A DNA stretch of 64,000 nucleotides, from positions 683,778,958 to 683,842,957 of the forward strand of contig NC_133617.1 in assembly GCF_048593235.1 (NCBI RefSeq), in the 5' to 3' direction. The translations under genes were made by a program, and so were the position numbers. The stretch's first letter is position 1; every line of letters begins with the position of its first letter. Shown here piece after piece: positions 37,801 to 51,699 of the stretch. The notes beneath the pieces were generated by a model. It was given only the letters and a program-made list of their open reading frames with translations, was not told the origin of the DNA and did no database searches. The stretch is from Sminthopsis crassicaudata (lineage: Eukaryota).

Positions 37801-40615
37801 TCTAAGAGCAGAGATAAAATTTTTATCTTTCATCTTGTCCTTCCACAAAACACACAACATACAGTAAGCACTTAATAAATGCTTATTAATTAATGTCACC
37901 ATTATGTCCTCTCAAGTATCAATTTTCAAAAAGAGAGGAGACGGTTTAATGTCTTAAAAGCTTCTTAACTGAGACCCTAGGAGATTAAAACAGTAAGACA
38001 AAAGTGATTTCTACAAGTGATGATTCTCTCAGAACCACTCTTTTTTCTTCTGCAAAGTGAGTTGATCTAAAATATCAAATATTCTGCCCAGGTCTAAAAT
38101 TCTGACTCAGAACCTAAAGAAGGACAATTCTTAAGAATCAAGGTATTGATGAGCAGATTTTCCAAGAAAGGGGATGTCTCTAAATAAGTAACTAATAAAG
38201 TGGTCATTTCCCAAAGCAGAAGTATTAAGAAGAATTTTTATCCCAAGAGTTTTCTGGAATTTCAGGTTACTTGGCAGAGCTGCCCAAGACTTAGGTCATT
38301 CATTGCTTTTCCCTTTCCTTTTTTCCCTGGAAAAGCATTAAAAGTACAAGTTACCATACAATCAGGTTTGCTGCTTTAAGAATCCAATCCCAAGAGCCAG
38401 TGGCAGGCATCCAGGCATGGAGGAGTGTTTTGAGAGCAGGAACATATTCATGGGAACAAAGTTATAAACAGGGTTCATTAGCAAGATTTTTTCAAAATCT
38501 TGCTGAGAATTTTTTTTTTAGTTAGAAGAACCAAGTGTCCTAAGGTAAAGATACCTTTCATGTACTACATGGGAACGCATCCTTCCCATTTTCAGCCCAA
38601 ATACCCTGCTCGTTGAAGGCAGGATTCATAGAAGCCTGACTCACTTCTCTATGTCTCTATGCCTTTCCCCTACCCTCCTACTCTTTTATTATCTACACAC
38701 TCCTTTTCCCACCACAGTCCAAAGCCATTCATTTTGACTTCTCCAACAACTGAATTCAGCTTTCTGAACACTTTAATTTTTATAAACATAAACCACAAAG
38801 ACTAATTCTCATTTCTTTTTTACTGTTGCTCAATTCTTTGGAATAAGAGTTCTATCTTATGGTAATTTTTTAAAAATGAAAAAAAATTATTTTTAAAATT
38901 TTCATTTTTAAAGATTACTTTCCATAGACTTCAGTCAGTGGGTCTCAACAAAATCACAGAAGCTCAAACCAATGAAAAAGGAGGATTTTAAATTAGAAGT
39001 CTAAGAAGACCTAATTTGGTAAAATGTTTTGGATGGCAACAAAGAAAAATAACTTGAAAACTAGTACAGAAAATAGATATCCTGAATTTAATATTCACAA
39101 TATTAGAGAATCACTGATTCTCAGCATTCAGAGCTAATTGGATGTCTGATAATAACTTGGATGTGATTAGAAGATTATAGATTTCGAAGTGAAAAAATGG
39201 ACCTTAGGGACAACTCAAGTCCAACCTCTCTTCATGTTATAGATAAGGAAATCAAGGCACTAAATGGTCCAGAGTTTGTGCAGCATTTAATCCAAAGTAT
39301 TCCTGACATGGAGTCCAATACTCTATCCATTATATTATATCCCTCCTCCTGTTCTCCCAAGGTCAGAGGGAGAGAAAGAGAAACACAGAGACAGACAGAC
39401 CCAGACATAGACAAACTGTAGACAAAGATATACACAGAGAGACAGATATACCCAGACACAGAGAGACAGACAGACAGACACTCACAGAGGGAGAGTGAGA
39501 GAGATGCTTTACCAAAGTTAATCATCATCATCAAAATCCTTAACTTCCTTCAAAGTCTTAGTTCTGGTATAACCTCATACCCAAGGTCTTTCCTGTTCTC
39601 TTTAAGTTGCTAGCGCTTTCTCCCCCTTTAAATCACCTATTTTCTTTCTTGGTTAAATGTTACTTTTGTCTCAGCAAAAATGTGAGCTCCTCAAGGGCAG
39701 AACCAATTTTTTCCCTTTATTTTTTATTTCTAGTGCTCTTTGCAGCATGGCTTACATACAGTAGGAACTTAATAAATGCCTACTGAATTAATTACTCCCT
39801 CCTTCCCTGATCTGATTGGCTTCTTTGAAAGACATAAAACCAAGATCCAGCTTACAAATTATATCACAAGTAGTAATCAACTGTTTTGAACTTAGAAATG
39901 TTTCTGCAGGAAATAAATTCTATATGATGTAGCTAGGTTGTCAGAACAATCAATAAACCTTTTTAAAAATGTAAACTATATTGGAAATATAAGGCATATT
40001 AATGATCTCCATTTATATAATAGAATTCACATAGTAGATTTACATGGATACAATTATACATGGAAAAAGGGATGGTACTGGTGAATACTTTTAACAGAAA
40101 TTTCAGTTTAGTTTTCACCAAAGAGAGTTGAGGAAAGCAGGAGAATTCTGACACTACTACTCCTGTGGCATCCAGCAAATCAGTTAATCTCTTTGATGTT
40201 CAATCTCCTCATCTACAAAATGAAGGAATAAAATCAATTTAATTTCAAAATCCCTTTCCAGTTCCTCGATTCCTTGATTCTACTTAGTCCTTGAAGTCAA
40301 GTAATCCCCCCCCCAAAGGATGTGAGGGGGACATTGAAGGTGCAAGGAGCAATCCTTCAGAGATAGATCTCCCTACTCCCATTTCACAAGTTTCTTCAAG
40401 TCATTTATTAATTTATGAGGCAATTTATTAAGGCAAGTCAGAGACTGCCAACCTTGTAAATTATATCCAAAAACACAAATGTAATGTATAAATCAGTAGA
40501 TATAAATATATAAATCACATATCTCAAATATCTATATCATATATCAAACATAAATTATGTATATAACTTATGATTTTTATTTGGACATAGGTTTGTGTGT
40601 ACATATATGTACATT

Positions 40616-40617
<2 letters not shown>

Positions 40618-40658
<41 letters not shown>
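40618..40658. repeat. (TG)n microsatellite, about 20 units
   Basis: Perfect dinucleotide run. Confidence 0.97.
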
Positions 40659-40661
<3 letters not shown>

Positions 40662-43600
40662 TGTAAAATGAAGGGCCAGGACATAAGATTATTGGGATAT
40701 CAAAGCAAATTGAAACCTTAAAAAAAATTACACGAAACAGTTTTCTATTACTATTCATTGCATTAAAATAGCTAGGCTTACATCAGACTTTCTTTAAATT
40801 GCTATCAATTAAAACCATAAAGCCTAAGTTTGCCTACCAGTCTGGCCCCATGACAAGTACAGTAAAAGCTTTGTTAGCTTGCTAGAAGGGAGGGAGAATG
40901 AACGGGAATAATCAGATTAGGTAAAAATGTTAACTCTATTACATGTAAAATATTTATTTTAGTTAAAGATTCACTTGAGTAAAGACTATTTATTATTAGA
41001 CCTTGGAAATGATCATGGAGTATGTTCCCTTACCTTGAATTTCTTCCCAGTTTTCTGGCTCTCTACTTCCCTTGATTTCCACCCACCACATCTCGGCAGG
41101 GGGTAAGGGGGGTTTGGCCTGGTCCTAGTTGATCTTGTATTAACTGTCTCTCCTAACCTAGAATTCTCTCCTGCCTCGTTTCCACCTTTTGGCTTCCTCC
41201 AAGTCTCACCTGCTGTAATGTAAGAAGCCTCTCCCAACCCCACTTACTGCTAGAGCCCTGCCTCCTCTCATTACCTCCAAATTGGAAAGATTTGCCCCTA
41301 TAGTTTGTATAGAATTTCTGCCATGTTTTCTTACTCATTAGACTGTGAGCTCCTTTGAGAGCAGCAACTATTTTCTTTCTTTGTGCCCCAACACTTAGCA
41401 TCATGTCTGGCACACAGTAGGCACTTAATAAATATTAGCTTCCAGATTTGCAAGTTGAATTGAATTGATTTGAGGAATTGGTATAGAAATTCATTAAAGA
41501 GTAAGAAAGCATCTGATACTTATTATTAACATACCAGATAGAAAATTGATTTCTAAGAAAATAACTGATATCAGAGGATAATATGATCCTTTTCTCTCCA
41601 ATTTCATTTAACCCCTGCTTTAAACTATCTAACATTATATTTTTATTTACTACAAGTTTTATTTTTAGTAACTTACAGACATCAAGAATTTTTCTCCCGT
41701 CCAACCCCTTTCATCTACCATACTACCAAGCCCCATATTAGGCTCAAAAATACTTTGAAAAACAGGATTTCAAAAATATTTTTATATGGAATCCACAGAA
41801 ACAGCATTTTATGTTGCTATTAGATTGCATTAAGAAGGGAATAAATCTATTTGCTTTCCCCTTTAAGTTTTGCATTCTCAGCCCATTGTACAAATAAAGT
41901 ACTTAATAAATGCTGTTTGTTTTGCTGGACTGGGTTTTTTAAAAGTAGAGTTATTAAGGTCTAGAAAGCTTTCTCTGATGGGTTGTATGCTAACCCGGCC
42001 AGATATAGTCTGATCAAATACAATTCAACAAATGTTGATTTAGTCTTATGATGGATAGATGTAATTAGATAAGACAAGTACACTTGCAGACTATATGTAT
42101 ATTTTCATGGCTTTAAGGATGTCTCAGTTATGACAAGGCTAAAAGAAAGGAAAACAGGACCTTGGGAAGAGCCATTCAATGAAAGAGAAGAGTCACAAAG
42201 TGGAAGAGAAGGAACAAAACACTATGTAACTCATTTACTATCATTACCCAAGAACTTAGATTTAAGTCAGTTAAAAAGGCATTCATTAAGCCCTTACTGC
42301 CTTTTAGGAAGTGTGTAAAGTACTGACATTTTGTCTTTGTTTAAGCTCATCTATCAGGATATCTTTTAAGAAAATGAAATGTAGGAGGCTCTACAACAAA
42401 TTAATAATTTAATTAGAATTCACATATAAACTAAGATAAAAGTCATCTCCCCGTCTCAAATTTTGTTTAATACCTTTAGATAGGTATTTCATGTGACCAA
42501 GAAAAATGTTTAAAATAACCCAGGGGATCAGTTTTTACAAGTCTTTTCACAACAGTACTCAGACCTGGTTCTCTGGTTCTCTTAACTACTTCTTGACAGG
42601 ATGGTTTTGTCTAAAGAGATCTTCCTGAAATGTTCTACTTAGCCAAGTTCTAATGCAGTTTGCCACAATGAAATTAAGACTAACACTGGGCTTTGTCATG
42701 AAGTCATTTCCCATCTATTTTAATAGGCTCTGCAATGCTGTTATTCTTTAGAATGGGAAGAAAAAGTTATACGAAATCATAAGAAAAGCGAGGGAAGAGC
42801 CATTAGTAAGAAGCTATCGAGTGAATGAGATGCCAATATCAAGTTTCTCCAAACATTTTTGGATGTAATCAACAACTGACTATCCCTTAGCCCTTATTCA
42901 ACATAGATGAACCACCCGATGCATCCATGTTTTCTTCAAGTTAAGCTATTCCATCCCATCTGCTTTGGAATGTTCTGTCTCTGATCAATAATTACAAAAT
43001 TTGGGGATAGTAGAAGTAGGAACAGGTGCCCATTTTCTTTGGAAAAGAAAACAACTGTTTTTTAACCTTGATGCTTTCAATCTATAAAAACTATGACTTT
43101 GGTCTTAGAATGAAAATATATTCAAACTCTAATCAGAATGAATATTGCTGTTAAGAACTGCAAAGGTACTTTCTCATTTAATAAAGAATTATTATAGAAA
43201 GAAGGGAATCCAGTAGGGATATGTCACAGACAGATTAGAAGTCACTCAGAAACATAGACCATGTAGTCTAGTTCCCCTCCCCACATTTTTTTTTTTTTTT
43301 ACAAATAAGGAAATATGTCCCAGAGATGGTGACTTGCCATGAAGACAAAGGTCCGCTAGGATTCAAATCCAGGTGTTCTTTGGGTACCAGTTCCAGTTCT
43401 GATACTAACTTGATGTATAACTATGGACAAATCATTTCTCTACCTTAAAACTCACTACCTTCCTCTAGTTTATAAAATAAATAATAATGCTATTATTTAT
43501 TGTATATATTACATATATTATAAAATAATAAATAAAATAAGGGGCTTGGATTAATATTCTACCTCTAATGTTAGGAGTCTTCTGTAGTAAAAAAATTTAT

Positions 43601-43779
43601 TTCATTTGGATATTTAATGAAATAAAATCTGGTAGTTTTAAATTAATGTTTCCAATCAGACTTTCATTTTTAAATAAACAACATTGGCAGTTGTTTAGTT
43701 CAGCCTTCATTTTCAGAGGACTCGTGACATTATAGAGTGATATCTTGCTTTCCACATGAATTGGATTTAAGGCTAACCA

Positions 43780-44125
43780 TGCACAGAACCATACACTGCA
43801 CTCTTTCTTCCAGAGTCCACAAAAGTCCAGAGGCAAGGTAAAAATCAAGAAGAATGGTAGTGGCCCAGGATGCAGTGGATGACCTTGGTGTCTCTGATGA
43901 CTGGCCAAGCTCTAAGTGCTTCACAGAGCCTGCTTTGGCTGCCTTCGTGGCCGCTGGAATAAATTGTTCTCATCCACATATTCCATGGGGGGAGTCTTCA
44001 CACATTTGGGGTAGACATCTCCCTAATGCACCAATGGAGTTGAGGCTTGTTGATTACCCTCAACTAATTTACCCCTTCTGCCAACATGGTTTTACCAGGA
44101 TATGGCCACTGTGCATGCTACATCT
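43780..44125 (-). mobile_element. RTE-derived element (WALLSI / RTE 5' region-like)
   Basis: gaatggtagtggcccaggatgcagtggatgaccttgg...ggggtagacatctccctaa...gtgcatgctaca resembles the reverse complement of recalled marsupial RTE-associated repeats. It accounts for ORFs 43597..44180. Confidence 0.6.
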
Positions 44126-44270
44126 TAATCCTGGGCAAGTTATTGGCCCTGTTTGCCTCAGTTCTTCATCTGTAAAGTGAGCTGGAGAAGGCATGGCAAA
44201 TCACTCCAGTGCCTTTGGCAAGAACGCCCCAAATGTGGTCACAGAGAGTCAGAAGTGGACTCAACAACAG
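44126..44270 (+). mobile_element. MAR1-like SINE 3' half
   Basis: cctgggcaagtta...gtttgcctcagttcttcatctgtaaagtgagctggagaaggcatggcaaatcactccagt...gagagtcaga...caacaac. Confidence 0.8.
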
Positions 44271-44448
44271 TACAATGGATAGAGAGCTGGCTTTAGAGTT
44301 AGCAAAGACCAGGGATAAGTCAATTATCCCCAGGCAAATAACTCTAAAACTCTAAATCAGATAAATTATCTGTCTACATCAGTTCAGGGAGTTTTCATAA
44401 AAGGAATAGGAATTGGTTTCTAGAGTAAATTTCCATACCTGGAGTTAA

Positions 44449-44451
<3 letters not shown>

Positions 44452-44506
<55 letters not shown>
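44452..44506. repeat. (TG)n microsatellite, about 27 units
   Basis: Perfect dinucleotide run. Confidence 0.97.
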
Positions 44507-44511
<5 letters not shown>

Positions 44512-45469
44512 CCCAGGTCCAAACCAATGAAACAAAAAAAACCTACCATTTTTCTTGGGCTTCTAAAGCTACATGATTTTTGGAAGAGATGTTTCATTTT
44601 CTTAATTAAGTTTAAAAATTAAACTGTTTAAAAAGATCAAGGTCAATTCTATGCTTTAAAAAACTTCTATTGAGCTAACTTGGAGCTGCTGTTGATAATC
44701 GGCTACCAAACAGGTTAAAGATTTGTGGTTGGTAAACTACTATATTTTAAAACTGAGAGATCATCCAGTGTAACACTGACTTCGGGAGGTAAATCTCTGT
44801 ATCTCGTGATGGGCACAGATGTACTTTCCCTGAATTAATTAATAACCTCAGTCATCTAGAAAATCCATTTAAACAATGCACTTCATTCTTCAGCCAGGCT
44901 AGTTAATAAGACAATATGGTACTTGGAAAGAGTCCTGGCTCAGGAATCAGAGGACCTATTTGTTGCCTGGGGGTAATGAGAGGTTAAAAGACATGCCTGG
45001 GGTCACACAACCAGTCTATGGGAGAGCAAAGACTTAAAACTAGTCAGTCCCTCGTGATTTTGAGGAGAATTCTCCATCCACCATGCTATCCTGCCACTAG
45101 CTACAGAGCTACTGAGAGAGAAGTTGTTGTGCCCCTCGTTAGAATTACTTATGGAGAGGCAGCAGGACATCATGGAAAGAACAGTGGCTCGTCACTTCAC
45201 ATGAAGATTTGTTCTACATTTCTGAAAATTCTGTAAAAACAGCAAAACTTGACAAATTTTCACAAGACAAAACTACGAAGAATTAACTAATATATTAGAT
45301 AATAAAATAAGCATATAAAAAGATCCTGACTGGTTGAAAGAATAAGCCAAGTTTTTAAAATTAAATTTAATTGAGATAAATGTAAAACTAAGTTTGGGTT
45401 TTTGTTTTAATGCACAAATACATAATGGGGAAGCTGAGACAATACCAATCCTTGTGAAAAAATTTTGGA

Positions 45470-45630
45470 TTCGGAATTAACTTCAAGCTCAATATGAAAA
45501 ACAAGCAGAGTGACTTGGCTATCTCCCAAAAGTTAAGGTAATTCATTTAGGCTGCATTAATAAATGCATACTGTCCAAATCGAGAGATAATTGGTACTCT
45601 CTGTATGTCTGGTCACGGCCACAATCTTAC
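45470..45630 (+). mobile_element. L3/CR1 fragment
   Basis: ttaggctgcattaataaatgcatactgtccaaatcgagag...ctggtcacggccaca resembles the CR1 LGCINR...LVRPHL segment. Confidence 0.65.
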
Positions 45631-48600
45631 ATTCTATTCTGTATACTGCATGAGGGCAGGTCTGTTTTTTATATCTCTAACACTGAGAGGATAGTACCTG
45701 ACACAGGAGATGCTTAATATATGTTGACTGATTGATTGATTGATTTTAAAAGAAAGGAAAACATCCACAAGTGGTTTACCAAACTAGATGATTCCAAAGG
45801 AAAAATAGGTCTGAAGTTAATATTTTAGATTCCCTTTCAGGCCTCATTTCAACCAGTATTATCTTCCACAAAAGAATACATTGGTGAAATATTAGCAGTG
45901 CAGCTCACCACCTTCCTTAGAACTTCCAAACCTGTATATGATCAATAGTTCAGAGGTGCTAAAATATATCAGAAGAAAAAGTCCAATATGGCTCTGATTT
46001 CTGGAAACATGCACAATAATTTCCCAAATCTATTTTATTCTGTTTGGTACACTCCTTTTCCACTTTTATTGACAGACCTCTAAAACAGTTTTATCATTTC
46101 TGTTCTTGATAAAGTTAACCATGATCCCATTGAGATACATAGTCTTGCTCTGTACTATGACCATCTGAAGGGGAAAATTGCAATATAGACTACTTTGCAC
46201 ATAAATTCCACACTAAATCAATGCAGATGAACTTCTGAGATTCCTTTAATACCAGAGATATAACCAAACCCCAAGAAACAATGACTCTCTGGGATTGCCA
46301 AGCCACAAGAGAGCAGAAAGGCTTCCATGAAAGAAGTCAAATGTTTAGAATGGGTGATTACATGTAAGTGAATGGAGTTGATTTCCTGGAGTCAATAATC
46401 ATTGGGGTTCATAAGAAATATTTACATATAGGAAAAGAGAAAATAAAGCTGTACTATAGAACTCCTATTACCTAATACTATTCCAAAACTAAGATCTGTT
46501 TCTTATTAAATTAAATTTTTAAAATGATGTTTCTATAAAGCACACAGGGAAGAAATAGAATTGATCAACTTTCAGGTTGGTCAAAGAAATTTAAGAATAA
46601 AAGACAAAAAAACTTTAAGATAATTTTCATAATCAGAATATATCTTCTATTCATAACATTTTTAAAAGCAAGACAGGTGATGTAATCAACAGTAAGGTCA
46701 TATCAGCTATATTTACACAGCTGCAAGATATTAAAGATGGAGAGGTAAAATATCTTGTAATAAAGTACAAAGTGTGAAAGGCAAAAGTAGACACTGAATA
46801 AAGCACCTGCTGAGTAACAGAAAAGTCTATATGAAACATTTTTTACAATCATATGTGATGTATGTCAATAGGGCTCAATCACTTCAATAAAAGGAAAACC
46901 AAGAAGCTCAGTAACTAAGTGATTAACCAATAACAAAAACCGTGGTTGTTTTGCAGAATGTTTCTGTCTTTCATGGCTTCATTGGCCTCTCATATTCATT
47001 GAATTCAAATTCCATCAAGATTTTTAGTCAAAATACTACACAATATAGAAGTGCATTTATATTTGCATGACAAATATAAATATAAATAAATATAACTTCT
47101 AATTTATAGATCAAAAAGTACAAAAGTTTGAGAAATTCAAAGGTAAATAAAATATTATTTAATTTTTAGGAAAAATAACTTTTATCAAATTTAATATAGC
47201 AAGAATCACAATATCCTGTACAATCCTTCTCTGTTTGCCATTGTAGATGAATATGCTCACTTTTGGGGGTCTTTCTTAAATTCAAAATGAATTTTTTAAA
47301 AAGGAAAAAAACTGTCACTTAAATAGGATGCAAGTTTTAATAAAGGAAATCCTCCCAACAGCCCTCAATTTGCTATAAAAATATCCAAGCACTAGATGAC
47401 CTTTTTTAAATTTCAGATTTCCCTCAGTGATCTTCTTAAAAGATAGTACTCAGAAACTTCCATAATACTCTAGACAGACTTAGAAACTCTAGAGATCACC
47501 TCTTCTACCCCTCCAATTTTACCAATGAGTATCCTATAAGTCAAAGAGGTTAGGTGATTTGCCCCCACATCACACATATAGTAAATGGCTAAATTAGTGC
47601 TTCTGCATTATATTAAGCTACCCTAACCCTTGCATTTTGATTCTCAGCAAAATCCCCAAGTGGGAAAAAGTGCTCAACAAAAACTGGACTTCTAGATAAA
47701 GAAGCTATTTTATAATTAGGAAATAAGTGCCTGTTTCAGAGTGAGGCAAGATCCCATACCAGTGCATCTACATTTAGAAGTCCTGCCCACTGGCATGCTC
47801 TAGATCCTTCAATGATGGTCAAATGAGGAGATGGTTAAGGGCCACAACATCCAAAACTCCCTTGTTTCCAAGAGAAATTCTTCTCCTCTTCATTCAACAT
47901 AATGCTCAGAAATAGGATAAAGCTTTTTTTAGGAACTGTCAAACAAGAATAAGCTGCTTACTTTAGGAACAAGTTAATCAAGTGAAAGCAATAAATCCTC
48001 TTTGCCAGGGAGAGGTAACAGGTCAAGGAAAGTCACAGTTAATCTTTCATTCTAAATAACAGGTGCATTGCAAAGAAATGGCCAGCTAGCCATTGGTCAC
48101 ATGGGTCAGTGAACTCAGTGGGTTTTTATAAGGAGCTCTTTCATGACTCAGATATTAGGAGAGCCACTAAGAGAGGTGTATCTTAGTCCCTGAGGCACCT
48201 TGGAAGCAACACCTGCCTGGCAGCCACCACCCAACAGAGACAGGTTAAAAAACAAAACAAAACAAACCTGCCTGCGGAATTAATGGCATATGGAGGAAAT
48301 TGGATATTCTTCCATTAGCAAGGAGAATTCAGGCTAACTTGAGGGAGAAAAAAAAATAAAGGTTTTTGTGCCATATGGAGAATTTCACCAATCTGTTACA
48401 GCCTCATTTTCCCTGTCCTGAGAATTAATGGGACAGGCTTCCCTTTTTAATCAAAGGGGATAGTTGTAACAATTCACAGCTTCACTAATAATACTTTATC
48501 ATGCCTGGCTTTCCACAAACTCTCCCAAGTTGACTATTTCTATCTTTTGTTCATTTTTCTACTTTTCTAGGTGTGAAGTGAAAACTCGGAGTTAACACAT

Positions 48601-49439
48601 ACAAGTATCAATATCCATATATAAGAACAAGGACACATGTCAAAATCAAATAAAAATGGCTTTTGGATCATCAGCCTTTTGGGATTATACACATCTCTCC
48701 TTACATTCGAACAACTGAGAGTTGACAGTTACTTCCCAGTTTACTTTTTCCTCAATTTTAAATCCTGATATGGTAGCTAAGGAATAGAAAGCATCCTCTC
48801 AGTTGAAGGTTAGTTTCTCTCTGGTTTCCTGTTAACTGTACTGAATGAAATTCATTGTGATATTTCTATGAATATAAATTCTAAGACCATATCCTATTGG
48901 CTCGATTTGACAACATGAAAACCTAATCCACTTTTCCATTGTGGGAATACATTCCCATTTACTTCTTACAATAGCTTTAAATATTGTACACTCGTGTTGG
49001 GAATATTGCATAGTTCAAAGAGTATTGGACTTGGATCCAGTGACCTCTACTATATATTGGAGACTTTCCTCATTCCTCCAAAGTTATTAATATGCCTTCT
49101 CTCCTCACAATGAACTCCCTTTTATCTATTGTGTCTCCTACTAAAATACAAACTTTGAATACAGGGAGGTATTTGGATTTTTTTTTTTTTTGGTCTTTTT
49201 ATCCCCAGAAACTAACACTTGAAGATCATAAGCACACGTCTGCTGAATGGATGAATGAATTAATGAATTGATTTCAGATGTTAGAAGCAACCATTGCAAA
49301 TAGCACATTTCAATTACCATCAATATTGTTTCTCTTCCCTGGTTTAGTTCACTCATGAATAAATACATACAGATTGCCAAATATTTTGGAATACCTGTGT
49401 AAATTTTGCTAGATGTTGTAGGATAAATAATGAAATCTA

Positions 49440-51150
49440 ATGGATATCTCAGAAAATTCACTGCAGAATCACCAGGATTCTGGAGCCTTTTTCATGTGGT
49501 ACTTGGTACCAAGGTAATCCCCTGGCTATCCATCTTTTATTGTTTTTACCACAATCCATCTTCTCTTCCTCTTGTGCTATTCTTTGATGAGAGCCTTTAC
49601 TTTCTTTAAGGATTTTTCATTGGTGGTAGTTCACACCACCTTCCGCCTTTCCTCAGCATGATTTAATTTTAGATCTTTAGAAGAGACAGTGGTATTCCAG
49701 TTTTCATAACCATACACTATTAGTAAAATTTTTCTACCAAAAAGCTGAATCTTTGGTTTTATGGGAAGATCAGAATCAGTATAAGTACTTCATTCTTCTC
49801 TGCTACTCCTTTTTAACGCTGGGTCCCCAGCCCAGTGGTTATATGTTCCAGATACATATATTTAGTGAACAAATCCTACTGGGAATCCATTCAGCTGCAA
49901 ATAGAAATTTGGTTCATTTTGTGTTGATATAGTCCAAACTCCTCTAAGGGATTACAAATCTTCCAGTAAACTCTGCAATGTCTTGGGACTTGGTACAATC
50001 AACACAATGTCATCAGTAAACAGAAGCATTTATGAACTGTGTTAGATCTCTTCCATCACAATGGAAAATACTTTTGGCAAATACACATCACCCTGTTTTG
50101 AGCCTCACCTGATATTGGGAGAGTCACTGAATGGGGGTTAGTTTTGTTAATACCTCTTCTGATCCTGATATATGGCTAGTTGCCTTGTTGTAATAGAGCC
50201 TGTAAGACAATGTTTTGTCCTATCAGAGCAAATGATTTTTTTTGTAATCAATATAAAGTAATCTTATGGGACTTTCAGTCAATTGTGAGGTGTGCTACAG
50301 TGTTAGAAATCATTTGTGAAAGAAAGCCTGCTACTAATACCCTCATCCAGGGTATATTTAATGCACATATAAATGACCTTCATAAAGATTTTACATAGCT
50401 GAAGTGGGTATACAGAATAGGAGTTAATAATGTTCCTTTTATTACTTTTTCATACTAATAAGATTTGAGATTTTTTGCATTCCTTTGGTATTGTCTCCTT
50501 ATTTTCTTACATCAGTCCTTCAATGCTTTTGTAATTGTATTTGTCTCCAGAATGGAGCTCCTACTCTATGGAAATGGATCCAGTCTAGCTGCCTGTTCTG
50601 TTTTTGTTTTCATTTGTTCTTTCCTTTAGGTACCATTTCTTTCTTCTCTGTAATTCCCTCTGGGATTGTGATGCTTGGGTCAAAGCATAGTGGTTCCACG
50701 ATCCTCAAAAAAGACAAGTTAAAAGTTTATTAAAAATAATTTTTGGCAAATCTTTTCCAGTTTTATTCTGTTTGCACTACTCCTCATTTTCATACTTGAA
50801 TGCCTTTAAAAATGGCTCTGCAAAGCTAAATCTCTTGCCAACTTTCTTTAAAATGGTTTTATCCTCTACTGCTTTTCTCTGCTTTATGGGATGATACTGC
50901 TCACAATCATCCATCAACCTTCGTAAGAGTTTACAGACAAGTTTATGTTCTAAACTAGTATTGCCTTTGGCTGACATCTCCCTCCATTTGGCAAATAAGG
51001 CAAATGTTTGCTGACTAAGGCACTTTCTGGGTTCTTTTGGTTTGCTTGTTGTAGCAACTAATTTGCTTTGGCTTTACTTCTGGGATGAAATTATTATAAT
51101 CAATGTCAATGTCATTTTTTGTATATTTCCCACTTTTAATTTTTCAATAG
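49440..51150 (-). mobile_element. Degraded RTE-clade LINE covering the reverse-transcriptase domain (about 1.7 kb)
   Basis: Minus-strand motifs occur in RT order: YIDYKK(frameshift)...QNIVLQAL (about 50200-50260), KQGDVYLPKVF (about 50066-50098) and MLLFTDDIVLI (50029-49997). The F-x-DD form fits RTE. There are many stops and frameshifts. Confidence 0.85.
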
Positions 51151-51699
51151 TTTATTCAAATAATTCATAATAAATCAACTCAATTGCATCAAATCTTCTC
51201 ATTACTATTTTTCTTCTTGTTTGTTATAAATTCTCATCTACAATAAGTTGATTGTCTAACTGAGCACAGATAACCAAGTCAAGGATAACTCCCAATTCAA
51301 TAAACAGTTTTTGATGTCTGTTAAAAGATAGTCAATTTCATTGTCTATAATATTATTTGGATCAAATGAGATAATATGTAGAAAGTACAATACAAATCTA
51401 AAAGTACTATATAAGTGTTAGCTATAATAAAAACAATAATAATGATAATAATAGCCATTGTCATTATATTAATCATTGTTAGAACCATTTCCAGCACGCC
51501 GATTCTTTTTTTTAAAGAAAGTGTTTACCATATAGAAGGGTTAAATCTTCTCTTTTATAAAAGTATTTTAAATAGTGTTTAAATTCCCAAGTTAGCCATT
51601 AGAAGACTATTTAATCCATAATGTAGGAAATTCTAAATTAAGAATCAGGAGAAAAATGCTTAGTTTCAGATTTGTAACTGACTAGCAAGCGACTTTTAA

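Noticed and set aside
46000-46450. Possible endogenous viral element or pseudogene in protein-like unique sequence (e.g. VLDKVNHDPIEIHSLALYYDHLKGKIAI)
   Set aside because: It is closed by stops within about 30 codons and I recognise no homology. A tBLASTx/BLASTx search against viral proteins would be needed and cannot be run here.
47385-47402. Weaker CTCF-like string GCACTAGATGACC (similarly CACTAGAGGTAGC near 14920)
   Set aside because: Mismatches at several normally conserved positions, so it is expected by chance in 64 kb.
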